From the NCBI GenBank assembly GCA_964624555.1, contig CAZUXB010000002.1, positions 34,586 to 98,585 of the forward strand: 64,000 bases of DNA, written 5' to 3'. The notes under the pieces are model-generated. The model saw nothing but the letters and a program-made list of their open reading frames with translations. It was not told the origin of the DNA and made no database searches. Each line of letters opens with the position of its first letter. The first letter of the stretch is position 1. Positions 45,048-55,453 of this stretch are shown here, piece after piece. Both the position numbers and the translations under genes were made by a program. The stretch comes from an uncultured Rickettsiales bacterium (GTDB lineage: Bacteria > Pseudomonadota > Alphaproteobacteria > Rickettsiales > SXRF01).

Positions 45048-46016
45048 ATGAAATCTGATACTAATAATTTGAATTTATTATCTATGGACGATCCCGAGTC
45101 GAATGTTATCAGTATTCCTGAGCTGGTAACTGACAAAAAATCTGATATCAAACCTAGTAAATTATCATTCTCGCGGGCGGTCAGCAGTTGGCTTAAAGGT
45201 GCTATTGGCACCAGGCAGGATGCCTCGCTTAAAGAAACACTGGAAGAAATAATAGATGAGCATAACGGGCAGGCCGATGATCGGCTTGAACCGGAAGAGC
45301 GGGTGATGCTGCATAATGTGCTCAGCTTTGGTGACACCAAGGTCAGCGATATCATGGTTCCGCGCACGGATATTTCGGCGGTTCCGGTTGATATCAGCCT
45401 TAATGAACTGAAATCCCATATCCTTGAAATGAAGCATACCCGTATTCCGGTATATGAAGAAACTCTGGATAAAGTTCTTGGCTTCATTCACGTAAAGGAC
45501 CTGCTGGCAATGTTTGGCGGGGAAACTTCCTATAATTTGCAGGAAGTGATGCGTGAAGTATTATTTGTTCCGCCGTCAATGCGGATTATGGATCTGCTTA
45601 TAAAAATGCGGCATGCCGGTAGCCATATGGCGATAGTGGTTGATGAATATGGCGGCACCGATGGCCTGGTAACGATGGAGAACCTGTTTGAAGAAATTGT
45701 CGGCGACATTCAGGACGAGCATGATGAAGACGAAGAACAGGATGATAAAATTACCCGGATACGCGATGGCGTGTTCGAGGTCAGCGCCCGTATCCGCATT
45801 GAGAAGCTGGAAGAGGAACTCGGCCTTAATTTAGTTACCGAGGAAAAAGAAGATGAGTTCGATACGCTTGGCGGCCTGATATTTTTCCAGCTTGGCCGTG
45901 TCGCGGTTAAAGGCGAAATTATTCAGCATGTCTCAGGTGCATCTTTCAAGGTGTTGGAAGCAGATCCCCGCCGTATTAAAAAGGTGCAGATTACCGTAAA
46001 CGGTTCCCAGTCATAA
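45048..46016 (+). CDS. corC: CBS-pair + CorC_HlyC domain protein (CorC/TlyC, YbeX-like)
   Basis: 'VSDIMVPRTDI', 'HTRIPVY', 'HMAIVVDEYGGTDGLVTMENLFEEIVGDIQDE', and the C-terminal transporter-associated domain. Third gene of the phoH-ybeY-corC group. Confidence 0.85.
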   Translation: MKSDTNNLNLLSMDDPESNVISIPELVTDKKSDIKPSKLSFSRAVSSWLKGAIGTRQDASLKETLEEIIDEHNGQADDRLEPEERVMLHNVLSFGDTKVSDIMVPRTDISAVPVDISLNELKSHILEMKHTRIPVYEETLDKVLGFIHVKDLLAMFGGETSYNLQEVMREVLFVPPSMRIMDLLIKMRHAGSHMAIVVDEYGGTDGLVTMENLFEEIVGDIQDEHDEDEEQDDKITRIRDGVFEVSARIRIEKLEEELGLNLVTEEKEDEFDTLGGLIFFQLGRVAVKGEIIQHVSGASFKVLEADPRRIKKVQITVNGSQS

Positions 46017-46127
46017 TAAAGTATCATTCCAAATAATTGTACTAAATTGGTATTTGCGCTTACGGATTTTTTCTATAGACTTGATGAAAGTCAAGTACAT
46101 AGATATCGGATAATGTAGTCTCGCCAC

Positions 46128-46775
46128 ATGGATTTAATGCTAGCCAATTGCACGATGGTATTTTCCCAGCATCATGGGTTGTTTGCTGTGTTTTTTCTCG
46201 GAGGGTTGACCAGTGGTTTTGTTCACTGTCTTGCTATGTGCGGGCCTGTGGTTGCAGGTCAGTCAGCTTGTGCAAGTGGTTGCAGTAAACGCATGTTGAA
46301 TGGTTTGCAGTGGAGTTATCATCTGGGGCGTATGACAACTTATGGTGCGTTGGGGTTTCTGGCAGCACTGTTTTCCAAACAGATTGCAGCGTGGGAGTTC
46401 TGGCCGGTTTTGTCTTCGATGATGCTGGTGGCAGCCGGGGCGATGTTTATAGTAAGCAGTTTGCCGCAACGTAAATATTCAGCCTGTCATGTTTCTGCCC
46501 GGACAAATTATGTGCGTGGCGCGCTCATGGGTTTTATGCCGTGCGGGATGATATATGCAGCGTTGATGATGGCGTCGACCCTTGCCAATCCGTTGTTGGG
46601 GATGTTTGCCATGTGGTTGTTCGTAATTGGTACAGTTCCGGCATTATTATTAGCTAGCGGTAGTGCAGAATTATTTGGTATGAAATGGAAAAATGGCTTG
46701 CAAAAATTTGGTCGTATGGTTATGGCTTTTAACGGATTTTCACTTCTGGTGATGGCAACAAAAATAATGGGGTAA
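46128..46775 (+). CDS. DsbD_2 / TauE-like integral membrane protein
   Basis: Six hydrophobic helices. '[15 protein letters not shown]' is characteristic of PF13386-type proteins, which are often linked to cco/fix clusters. Confidence 0.6.
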   Translation: MDLMLANCTMVFSQHHGLFAVFFLGGLTSGFVHCLAMCGPVVAGQSACASGCSKRMLNGLQWSYHLGRMTTYGALGFLAALFSKQIAAWEFWPVLSSMMLVAAGAMFIVSSLPQRKYSACHVSARTNYVRGALMGFMPCGMIYAALMMASTLANPLLGMFAMWLFVIGTVPALLLASGSAELFGMKWKNGLQKFGRMVMAFNGFSLLVMATKIMG

Positions 46776-46776
46776 T

Positions 46777-48192
46777 ATGCAGAAAATAGCACCGGTATAT
46801 AATGATAGGATTGTAAAATTATTCACGGTTGCCGCCCTTTTCTGGGGGGCTGTGGGTATGCTGGGAGGGCTTTTTATCGCCCTGCAGATGGCGTTCCCTT
46901 GGCTTAATATAGAGCCATATCTTACATTTGGCCGTTTACGTCCTGTGCATACTTCAGGTGTAGTATTTGCCTTTGGTGGGAACGTGTTGTTTGCCACATC
47001 TTATTTCATAGTCCAGCGCACTTGCCAGACGCGGCTGTGGGGGGACGGGATGTCGTTCTTCACCTTCTGGGGCTATCAGGCTTTCATTGTTATGGCCGCT
47101 GCTGGTTATGTCCTTGGTATAACCCAGGGCAAGGAATATGCGGAGCCGGAATGGTATGCGGATTTATGGCTGACTATTGTCTGGGTATGTTACCTTCTGA
47201 TTTTCCTGATGACCCTGAAAAACCGGGAAGAGCCGCATATCTATGTTGCTAACTGGTTCTTCCTTGCTTTTATTGCCACTGTTGCCGTGCTGCATCTGGT
47301 TAATGGGGTTGCGATACCGGTGTCATTCCTTGGCGCAAAAAGTGTTCCTTTGTGGGGTGGTGTGCAGAGTGCGCTCATCCAGTGGTGGTACGGGCATAAT
47401 GCGGTTGGGTTTTTCCTGACTGCCGGGTTTCTTGGTATCATGTATTATTTTATTCCCAAACGTGCTGGCCGTCCGGTTTATTCTTACCGCCTGTCTATAT
47501 TGCATTTCTGGTCGTTGATATTCATCTATATCTGGGCGGGGCCGCACCATCTTCATTATACTGCGCTTCCAGACTGGGCGCAGACTTTGGGGATGACATT
47601 CTCCATCATGCTGTGGATGCCAAGCTGGGGTGGGATGATCAATGGTATCATGACCCTTTCCGGGGCGTGGAACAAGCTGCGGGAAGATCCTGTGCTGCGT
47701 TTCATGATAATTGCCCTGGCCTTTTATGGCATGAGTACTTTTGAAGGGCCGATGATGTCTATTAAGGCCGTGAACGCCCTGTCACATTATACCGACTGGA
47801 CAATTGGCCACGTGCATTCCGGTGCTCTTGGTTGGGTGGCCTTCATCAGCTTTGGGGCGATTTACCATATGGTCCCGGTGCTGTGGAGGAAGAAGGGGCT
47901 GTATTCCATGCGTCTGGTGAATATCCATCTGTGGGTGGCGACTATTGGTATCGTGCTTTACATCACCGCGATGTGGGTTGCCGGTATCATGCAGGGTTTA
48001 ATGTGGCGTGCTTATGATTCTATGGGTTTTCTGGAATACTCATTTGTGGAAACTGTAGAGGCCATGAACCCTTATTATTTAATTCGTGCGCTTGGTGGGC
48101 TTCTATATTTAGGGGGGATGCTGATAATGGTCTATAACTGCTGGAAAACAATAAATAGCAGCGAACTGAACAAGGAGGTTGCCCATGCTTGA
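46777..48192 (+). CDS. ccoN: cbb3-type cytochrome c oxidase subunit I
   Basis: 12-TM heme-copper oxidase. '[12 protein letters not shown]', '[10 protein letters not shown]', 'HHLHYT', '[10 protein letters not shown]'. Confidence 0.95.
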   Translation: MQKIAPVYNDRIVKLFTVAALFWGAVGMLGGLFIALQMAFPWLNIEPYLTFGRLRPVHTSGVVFAFGGNVLFATSYFIVQRTCQTRLWGDGMSFFTFWGYQAFIVMAAAGYVLGITQGKEYAEPEWYADLWLTIVWVCYLLIFLMTLKNREEPHIYVANWFFLAFIATVAVLHLVNGVAIPVSFLGAKSVPLWGGVQSALIQWWYGHNAVGFFLTAGFLGIMYYFIPKRAGRPVYSYRLSILHFWSLIFIYIWAGPHHLHYTALPDWAQTLGMTFSIMLWMPSWGGMINGIMTLSGAWNKLREDPVLRFMIIALAFYGMSTFEGPMMSIKAVNALSHYTDWTIGHVHSGALGWVAFISFGAIYHMVPVLWRKKGLYSMRLVNIHLWVATIGIVLYITAMWVAGIMQGLMWRAYDSMGFLEYSFVETVEAMNPYYLIRALGGLLYLGGMLIMVYNCWKTINSSELNKEVAHA

Positions 48193-48913
48193 GCAACACA
48201 AAAAACTGGAGAAGAATTCCATACTACTTTTGGTATTTGCGCTGGTGGCAATTTCCATTGGCGGGTTGGTAGAAATCGTTCCATTGTTCCGCATAGAAAC
48301 CACAATAGAAAAAGTAAGTGGCATGCGCCCGCTTACACCTCTGGAGCTTGCGGGTGAGCAGATTTATATACGTGAAGGCTGCATGAACTGCCATAGCCAG
48401 CAGATTCGTCCGCTGCGTGATGAGGTGGAGCGCTATGGCCATTATTCCCTTGCTGCGGAAAGCATGTATGACCATCCCTTCCTGTGGGGCAGTAAACGTA
48501 ACGGGCCTGATCTGGCGCGGCTTGGCGGTAAATATTCAGATGAATGGAATACTGCCCATCTTATCAGTCCCCGCGACGTCGTGCCGGAATCTATTATGCC
48601 GACCTACAGCTTCATTATGGGAAGGGCTGCTGACCTGCGTGATATTGGCAAGTTGATGAAGGCGTATCGTATCACCGGGGTTCCTTATACTGATGAGATG
48701 ATCGAAAATGCTTATAATGATGCGGTGGCGCAGGCGAATGCTGATTCTGATCCGGCTGGACTAAATGCCCGTTATGGTAAGAAGGTCAATATACGTGATT
48801 TCGATGGCCAGAAAAATTTTGTTTCTGAAATGGATGCGCTTGTTGCCTATTTGCAGACCTTGGGAACGTTGGCTGATATCAAAGATTATAAAATTCAGGA
48901 GCCGAATCCATGA
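48185..48913 (+). CDS. ccoO: cbb3-type cytochrome c oxidase subunit II (monoheme)
   Basis: '[11 protein letters not shown]' heme-c site. AAGGAGG lies 6 nt before ATG 48185; the track starts at TTG 48179. Confidence 0.95.
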   Translation: MLEQHKKLEKNSILLLVFALVAISIGGLVEIVPLFRIETTIEKVSGMRPLTPLELAGEQIYIREGCMNCHSQQIRPLRDEVERYGHYSLAAESMYDHPFLWGSKRNGPDLARLGGKYSDEWNTAHLISPRDVVPESIMPTYSFIMGRAADLRDIGKLMKAYRITGVPYTDEMIENAYNDAVAQANADSDPAGLNARYGKKVNIRDFDGQKNFVSEMDALVAYLQTLGTLADIKDYKIQEPNP

Positions 48914-49059
48914 TGGAAAAATTTATAGAGCATGCGCCAGTAATAGGCCTTCTGTTTTTCTTTAGTGTGTTTGTTGCCATAGCGGTGTGGGCATTAAGGC
49001 CGGGAGTAAAGCAGAAATTGCAGGATTTAGCGCAAATACCACTTAAGGAGGATATGTAA
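48910..49059 (+). CDS. ccoQ: cbb3-type cytochrome c oxidase subunit CcoQ (49 aa, below the track cutoff)
   Basis: Hand translation: [53 protein letters not shown] overlap with ccoO, and its stop overlaps the ccoP ATG. Single TM helix in the canonical position. Confidence 0.8.
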   Translation: MMEKFIEHAPVIGLLFFFSVFVAIAVWALRPGVKQKLQDLAQIPLKEDM

Positions 49060-49952
49060 TGGTTGATCCAAAAAAACCAGCACCGGGGTCAGTTGACCGC
49101 GATGAACATAGCGGTGTTGAAACTACCGGGCATGAATGGGATGGTCTTAAGGAACTTAACCTTCCTGCACCGCGGTGGTGGTTGATTGTCTTTGCTATAA
49201 CTTGCGTTTGGGCAGTTGGTTATTGGGTAGTGTACCCGGCGTGGCCAACGCTTTCCGGAAACACCAAAGGCAGCGCCGGTTGGACCCAGTATAAAAAACT
49301 TGCTGAAGAGCAGGCGGAGATTGTTGCGCGCCGTGGGGTTTTTGCAGAAAAAATCAAGGCTCATGGCCTTGAGGAAATCCAGAAGGATCCGGAGCTTTAT
49401 GCTTTCGCCGTTGCTGGTGGGAAGACCATGTTCAAGGAAAATTGTGCTGCTTGTCATGGCACTGGTGCTACTGGTGGGCGCGGCTATCCTAACCTTAATG
49501 ATGATGATTGGCTGTGGGGAGGAACACTGGAAGATATTTATACCACTATTAAGTATGGTATCCGTTCTACCCATGATCAGACCCGTACTTCGCAGATGCC
49601 ATCTTTTGCTGAATCACTGAAAAAGGAAGAAATAGAAAAAGTGGCGGACTATGTGCTGAGCCTTTCCACTGGCAAAGGTGGTGATGCTGAGGGTGCAAAA
49701 ATTTTCAAGGATAACTGTTCGGCCTGCCACGGTGAAACCGGCAAGGGTGGACGTTCCGTGGGCGCTCCAAATCTTTCCGATGCGATCTGGCTTTATGGTG
49801 GGGACAAGGCAAGCATCATGCAGCAGGTTACCAATCCACGCCATGGTGTAATGCCGACCTGGGAAGCACGCCTGCCTGATGAAACTATCAAGACACTGGC
49901 TATCTATGTGCATTCGTTAGGTGGAGGGGAAGCCGCTAAGCCTAAGGAATAG
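49059..49952 (+). CDS. ccoP: cbb3-type cytochrome c oxidase subunit III (diheme)
   Basis: Two CxxCH sites ('CAACHG', 'CSACHG') and an N-terminal TM helix. Confidence 0.95.
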   Translation: MVDPKKPAPGSVDRDEHSGVETTGHEWDGLKELNLPAPRWWLIVFAITCVWAVGYWVVYPAWPTLSGNTKGSAGWTQYKKLAEEQAEIVARRGVFAEKIKAHGLEEIQKDPELYAFAVAGGKTMFKENCAACHGTGATGGRGYPNLNDDDWLWGGTLEDIYTTIKYGIRSTHDQTRTSQMPSFAESLKKEEIEKVADYVLSLSTGKGGDAEGAKIFKDNCSACHGETGKGGRSVGAPNLSDAIWLYGGDKASIMQQVTNPRHGVMPTWEARLPDETIKTLAIYVHSLGGGEAAKPKE

Positions 49953-49954
49953 AG

Positions 49955-51334
49955 ATGGTTACCCCTATACAACTGTTTAAGAAACAGGAGAAGATCTACC
50001 CACGCCGCGTATGGGGCAAGTTCCGTAAGCTGAAATGGGTAGCGATGGTTACTCTGCTGAGTATTTATTATCTGGCACCGTGGTTGCGTTGGGACAGGGG
50101 GGCTCTGGCGCCAAACCAGGCTATCCTTATTGATATGCCGCATACCCGGGCTTATTTCTTTGGAATAGAAATCTGGCCGCAGGAAGTTTATTACATAACA
50201 GGTATTCTGATTCTGGCGGCGGTTGGTTTGTTTTTTGTTACTTCGCTGTTTGGCCGGGTATGGTGTGGATATGCCTGTCCGCAGACAGTATGGACAGATT
50301 TGTTTGTCTGGGTTGAGAGGATAGTGCAGGGCGACCGCAATGCCCGCAAAAAACTTGATGAGTCGCCGTGGACTTTAGAGAAGATCGGCAAGAAAGTGCT
50401 CACCCATATTATCTGGTTGTGTATAGGATTATGTACCGGCGGGGCGTGGGTATTTTATTTTAATGATGCTCCGACTTTGTTTGATCAGATTGTGCATTTT
50501 GATGTGCCGTGGAGTGTTGGCGGCTGGATACTGGGGCTTACTTTTTCTACCTACCTTATGGCCGGGTTTGCCCGCGAGCAGGTCTGCACTTATATGTGCC
50601 CTTATGCGCGTTTCCAGTCAGCGATGTTTGATAAAGATACGCTTATTATAGCTTATGACGAAAAACGTGGTGAACCACGCGGCAAACATAAAGCCGGGGA
50701 AAGCTGGGAAGGCAGGGGACATTGTATTGATTGTGACAGTTGCGTGGTGGTGTGCCCGATGGGGATTGACATACGCCACGGCTTGCAGATGGAATGTATA
50801 GCCTGCGGCCTTTGTGTTGATGCGTGTAATAACGTGATGGATAAGATTGGGCTGCCTCAGGGGCTTATACGTTATGACACGGAGAGCAAAAAGGTGTTTA
50901 ACCCGTTACGTCCGCGCACCTTCTGGTATGGTGGAATCATAACCTTGGTTGGGTGCCTGATGCTGTACAGTCTGTTTACCCGATCACCTCTGGAAATGAA
51001 TGTGATACATGATCGCAACCCTGTGTTTGTGGTGCTGTCGGACGGTACAATACGCAATGGTTATAACGTAACCATCATCAACAAAAACCATGAGGACAGG
51101 AGTTATTCTCTCACAGTATCAGGACTGGATGATTTTTCGGTCCGGGTACAGTCAAGTACAGATATTCCGGCAGACAATATACCGGTTTTTGCTGATAGCG
51201 TTGGCCATTTCCGGGTATTTTTGACCGCCAAGAAACAAAGTGAAAAGCGCAAGGAAATAATGTTTCAGCTTTTTGAAGAAGGTGGTAGTATTGGCGATAC
51301 TAAGCAGACAATTTTTGTGAGTGATAAGCAATGA
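49955..51334 (+). CDS. ccoG: cytochrome c oxidase accessory protein CcoG/FixG (4Fe-4S ferredoxin-type)
   Basis: 'CGYACPQ', 'CIDCDSCVVVCP', 'CIACGLCVDAC'. Confidence 0.9.
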   Translation: MVTPIQLFKKQEKIYPRRVWGKFRKLKWVAMVTLLSIYYLAPWLRWDRGALAPNQAILIDMPHTRAYFFGIEIWPQEVYYITGILILAAVGLFFVTSLFGRVWCGYACPQTVWTDLFVWVERIVQGDRNARKKLDESPWTLEKIGKKVLTHIIWLCIGLCTGGAWVFYFNDAPTLFDQIVHFDVPWSVGGWILGLTFSTYLMAGFAREQVCTYMCPYARFQSAMFDKDTLIIAYDEKRGEPRGKHKAGESWEGRGHCIDCDSCVVVCPMGIDIRHGLQMECIACGLCVDACNNVMDKIGLPQGLIRYDTESKKVFNPLRPRTFWYGGIITLVGCLMLYSLFTRSPLEMNVIHDRNPVFVVLSDGTIRNGYNVTIINKNHEDRSYSLTVSGLDDFSVRVQSSTDIPADNIPVFADSVGHFRVFLTAKKQSEKRKEIMFQLFEEGGSIGDTKQTIFVSDKQ

Positions 51335-51780
51335 ATATTCCACTGGATGGGAAAAGGGTATTTTTCTATTTTTTGTTATTTTTTGGTATTGTTGCGGCTG
51401 TTAATGCGGCAATGGTTACTATTGCCGTTCGCACCAACACCGGGATAGTAACAGAACATCCTTATGAAAAAGGTGTTGCTTATAACCGGACAGTGGAAGC
51501 TGAAGAAAAGCAGGAGGAGCTTGGCTGGAAGGGGAAGATTGAATATAAAAATGGCGTAATCAGTTTTCTATTGCATGACAAAGATAATGCCGTTATTGAG
51601 CCGGAAAGGGCCACCGCATCCATAAGCCGTCCCACCCAGGCGGGAATGGATTTTACCGTTGAATTAAAAGGCGCGGAAACACAGGTTGCATTTCCTGCCA
51701 AAGGACTTTGGGAAGTAAGGATAGATACGCTGTATAAAGGTGAGCATTACCAGCAGTCCAAGCGTATAGTGGTGGAATGA
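51331..51780 (+). CDS. ccoH: FixH/CcoH family protein
   Basis: 149 aa, one N-terminal TM helix, located between ccoG and ccoI. Overlapping start/stop junctions on both sides. Confidence 0.8.
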   Translation: MNIPLDGKRVFFYFLLFFGIVAAVNAAMVTIAVRTNTGIVTEHPYEKGVAYNRTVEAEEKQEELGWKGKIEYKNGVISFLLHDKDNAVIEPERATASISRPTQAGMDFTVELKGAETQVAFPAKGLWEVRIDTLYKGEHYQQSKRIVVE

Positions 51781-53924
51781 GCATATCCCATTTTGTAACT
51801 TCCGAAGCTGATGGCAGCAATAGCCTGAATTTGCTGGTGGATGGGATGCATTGCCCATCCTGCGTGGCGATTATTGAAAATGCCCTTAATAAGCAGGAAG
51901 AAGTCCGCAGTGCGCGCCTGAATCTTTCCACCAAGCGGCTGAAAATATCATGGAACGGGGCCAAAGAGCTTGGCGAGAAATGGGTAGAGCTGATTAACGG
52001 TATGGGATACCGCGCTATGCCTTTTGATCAGGAAACAGCGGAAACCGCCGAAAAAAAAGAAGAAAAATTCCTGTTTCGCTGCCTTGCTGTGGCTGGGTTT
52101 GCCAGCGGCAACCTTATGCTTTTTTCGGTTCCTTTATGGAGCAGCGATATGGTGGAGATGGGTTCTGCCACCCGTACTTTTTTCCATTGGGTGCAGGCGG
52201 CGATAGCCATTCCCGCGGTTGCTTATTGTGGCCTGCCTTTTTACATTTCGGCGTGGAAAGCAATAAAGGAATTCCGCACCAACATGGATGTGCCGATCTC
52301 GGTGGCGGTGATTTTGGCAACATTGATGAGTATATTTGAAACTGCCACTTACGGTACCCATTCTTATTTTGATTCCGGGGTAATGTTGCTGTTTTTCCTG
52401 CTTATTGGCCGCTATCTTGAAGCGCGGGCCAAGGGGAGGGCCCGTAGTGCCGCCCATGATCTCCTGCAGATGATGACGGGGTTCACCACCATTCAAAACA
52501 GCGATGGCAGCCATCAGCAGATTCCCCTGTCAGAAATTAAGGAAGGTATGGTTCTTCTGGTTGCAGCCGGGGAGAAAATCGGTGCTGATGGGGAGGTGAT
52601 AAACGGTGAATCGGAGCTGGATACCAGCCTGATTACCGGGGAAACCTTGCCGCGGGCAGTAAGCTCTGGTGCTCAGGTTTTTGCCGGAACCATAAACCTT
52701 GTAGCGCCGCTTACCATCAGGGTAACCAAGGCTCATGAACGCTCACTGATTGCTGAGATTGTAAAGATGATGGAAACCGCCGAGCAATCACAGGCGCGTT
52801 ATGTCACTCTCGCTGATAAAATTTCTGGCTGGTACACCCCTGTTGTCCATGTTCTGGCGGCGGGAACATTTATTGGCTGGTGGGTGTTTGGTAATGTCCA
52901 GTGGCAGGTTGCCCTGCTTTATTCGGCTACGGTGCTTATCATAACCTGCCCTTGTGCATTGGGGCTGGCGGTTCCGGTTGTGCAGGTGCTGGCCAGCGGT
53001 AAGCTTATGCGCTCTGGCATATTGTTGAAATCAGGCAGTGCGCTGGAACGCCTTGCTACCATAACCCACGCCGTATTTGATAAGACCGGAACACTGACGC
53101 TGGGAAAGCCGATGCTTACTTCTGCCAATTCAACAGAGCAGTTACAACTGGCGGCTTCACTTGCTGCCCGCAGCAAACATCCCCTGTCACAGGCGATCGC
53201 TAAATCATACAGCGGCGAGTTGTTAACATTGGATGTAAAGGAAATTCATGGATGCGGGCTGGAAGCTGGGAATGTACGTCTGGGAAAACGCAGCTGGGCG
53301 ACCAACCTGCCTGATGATGGTGATGATACGCTGGAGCTATGGCTTTCTTCAGAAGGAACAGACCAGGTACGTTTTACCTTTGCCGATAAATTACGTGATG
53401 ACGCCAAAAACATTATTACAAATCTGCAAGCGTCAGGAATAAAGACTCTGTTGCTGTCTGGTGATCGGCAGGAAGTTACAAGGACGATTGCCGGAAGTCT
53501 TGGTATAGATGTCTATGAAGGCGCTCTTACGCCGGTGCAGAAAGTAGATAAGATAAGCGCCTTGAAATCTGCCGGTGCTAATGTATTGATGGTAGGTGAC
53601 GGGCTTAATGATGCGCCTTCGCTGGCTTCGGCTACAATTTCCATGTCGCCGACCAGCGCGATGGATATTACCCAGAATGCCGCCGATATTGTGTTCCAGG
53701 GTGATAAGCTTCAGCCGGTAATAACCGCGTGGAAGTTAGCAAAATTTTCACAAATTCTGGTGAAGCAGAATTTCCAGCTTGCCATTTGGTATAATATTAT
53801 AGCCATACCTATGGCGGTTGCCGGAATGGTGACGCCACTTATTGCCGCAATAGCCATGTCCAGCTCCTCATTGCTGGTCATTGCCAATGCTATGCGTCTT
53901 AATACGAGACAGGACAGCATATGA
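51777..53924 (+). CDS. ccoI: copper-translocating P1B-type ATPase CcoI/FixI
   Basis: N-terminal HMA-like 'GMHCPSCV', 'CPC' in 'ITCPCALGLA', phosphorylation site 'DKTGTLT', hinge 'VGDGLNDAP'. Confidence 0.95.
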   Translation: MSISHFVTSEADGSNSLNLLVDGMHCPSCVAIIENALNKQEEVRSARLNLSTKRLKISWNGAKELGEKWVELINGMGYRAMPFDQETAETAEKKEEKFLFRCLAVAGFASGNLMLFSVPLWSSDMVEMGSATRTFFHWVQAAIAIPAVAYCGLPFYISAWKAIKEFRTNMDVPISVAVILATLMSIFETATYGTHSYFDSGVMLLFFLLIGRYLEARAKGRARSAAHDLLQMMTGFTTIQNSDGSHQQIPLSEIKEGMVLLVAAGEKIGADGEVINGESELDTSLITGETLPRAVSSGAQVFAGTINLVAPLTIRVTKAHERSLIAEIVKMMETAEQSQARYVTLADKISGWYTPVVHVLAAGTFIGWWVFGNVQWQVALLYSATVLIITCPCALGLAVPVVQVLASGKLMRSGILLKSGSALERLATITHAVFDKTGTLTLGKPMLTSANSTEQLQLAASLAARSKHPLSQAIAKSYSGELLTLDVKEIHGCGLEAGNVRLGKRSWATNLPDDGDDTLELWLSSEGTDQVRFTFADKLRDDAKNIITNLQASGIKTLLLSGDRQEVTRTIAGSLGIDVYEGALTPVQKVDKISALKSAGANVLMVGDGLNDAPSLASATISMSPTSAMDITQNAADIVFQGDKLQPVITAWKLAKFSQILVKQNFQLAIWYNIIAIPMAVAGMVTPLIAAIAMSSSSLLVIANAMRLNTRQDSI

Positions 53925-54073
53925 ACATTTTGCTATATCTTATACCCATAGCCTTGACTCTTGGTCTTATCGGGCTGTTCGGTTTTTTCTGGGCAATGAA
54001 GAATGGGCAGTTTGAAGATCTGGATGGCGCGGCTCACCGTATCCTGCGTGAAGAAGATGATAAAAAACTTTAA
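53921..54073 (+). CDS. ccoS: cbb3 oxidase maturation protein CcoS/FixS (50 aa, below the track cutoff)
   Basis: Hand translation: MNILLYLIPIALTLGLIGLFGFFWAMKNGQFEDLDGAAHRILREEDDKKL. ATGA overlap with ccoI. Confidence 0.8.
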   Translation: MNILLYLIPIALTLGLIGLFGFFWAMKNGQFEDLDGAAHRILREEDDKKL

Positions 54074-54153
54074 AACATTTTGACTTAAATCAAGGCTAAT
54101 ATATTATTCCGGGATACTATCGCACTGCAAAACTATTAAGGAGAACTAAATCT

Positions 54154-54822
54154 ATGAAAAAAATCGTTATTTCGTTACTTGCTACCACTGTTTTAATGCA
54201 GCCGGCTTTGGCTGTAGCGGCGCCAAAGGGTGCGGCTAAGCCTGCTGCGGCTCCGGCCTATAATATTTCTTCTGACAGCCCATTCAAAGCTGGTGATTTT
54301 ATGGTTCGTGCCCGTGCGCTTGGTGTAGTGCCGCAGGAGGATAGCTCCATGAACATTGCTGATAAAGTAAAAGTGGATAACAGCCTTGTGCCGGAATTGG
54401 ATTTTACCTATTTCTTCACTAGCAACATAGCGGCTGAACTTATCGCTGCTGTTACCCCACATGATGTAAAAACCAAGAGCGGTATTGACGCTGGCAGCTC
54501 GTGGTTGTTGCCGCCAACCCTTACTTTGCAGTATCACTTTACCCAGTGCCCTATGGTAAAGCCTTATGTTGGTGCTGGTATCAACTATACCCACTTCTTT
54601 AATGAGGATGCTGGTGCGCTGACTGCGGTAAAATATGATGATAGCGTTGGTGGTGCGTTGCAGGCAGGTGTGGATATACCATTACAGGGTAACTGGTATG
54701 CCAACATTGACGTTAAAAAGGTATTTATAAACACTACTGCCACGTTCAGCCCAAGCGGTGTGCGTGCTGACGTTGATATTGACCCATGGTTGATCGGTGT
54801 TGGTGTTGGTTATAAATTCTAA
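54154..54822 (+). CDS. ompW: OmpW-family outer-membrane protein
   Basis: Signal peptide ending ALAVAA. 'PYVGAGINYTHFF' and the C-terminal 'DPWLIGVGVGYKF' beta-barrel terminus. Confidence 0.85.
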   Translation: MKKIVISLLATTVLMQPALAVAAPKGAAKPAAAPAYNISSDSPFKAGDFMVRARALGVVPQEDSSMNIADKVKVDNSLVPELDFTYFFTSNIAAELIAAVTPHDVKTKSGIDAGSSWLLPPTLTLQYHFTQCPMVKPYVGAGINYTHFFNEDAGALTAVKYDDSVGGALQAGVDIPLQGNWYANIDVKKVFINTTATFSPSGVRADVDIDPWLIGVGVGYKF

Positions 54823-54930
54823 TAGTTAGAATACGTTTTATATAGTATTTTTGCTTTATAGGCCGGTTATATAAATATTTTTTTATATGACCGGCCTATA
54901 GCTTTTTGCGAAAGAAGTTATCTGTAAGTT

Positions 54931-55284
54931 TTAACAGGCGGCTTCGATCATTATTTCAACACTGTAGCCGGGCGCGGCCAGTTTTGCTTCTACGGTAGCG
55001 CGGGCAGGGGTCTTGCCCGATACTACCCATGCGTCCCATGCCTTATTCATGTCAGCGAAGGTTGTGATGTTGCTAAGCCATATATTGGCTTTCAGTATCC
55101 TTGTTTTATCAGTGCCTGCTTTGGCAAGTATGCTGTCTATCTGTTTAAGTATGTCCTGGGTTTGCAGGAAAACAGATTTTCCCATATTTTCTCCGGCAAC
55201 AATCCCGGCAGTATAAACAATACCATTATAAATTACTGCTTCGCTCATGCGCGCACCAGCCTCGATTCGTTTTATATCAGTCAT
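54931..55284 (-). CDS. RidA/YjgF/L-PSP family protein
   Basis: 117 aa. 'IYNGIVYTAG', 'PARATVEAKLAAPGYSVEIMIEA'. Confidence 0.8.
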   Translation of the reverse strand: MTDIKRIEAGARMSEAVIYNGIVYTAGIVAGENMGKSVFLQTQDILKQIDSILAKAGTDKTRILKANIWLSNITTFADMNKAWDAWVVSGKTPARATVEAKLAAPGYSVEIMIEAAC

Positions 55285-55453
55285 ATTGCCCCTCTTTTAT
55301 GTGGTTATAATTTCCCCCTTGAATACCTGATGTTCTACAAAATACCAGCAGGAAATTTGTGCAAACAAAATAACAACTGGCAATAGAAAATAATATAATT
55401 TATACAGTAATGTAGTTGTCGTTATTTTTATAAAAAACATAAGGTAGTAATTC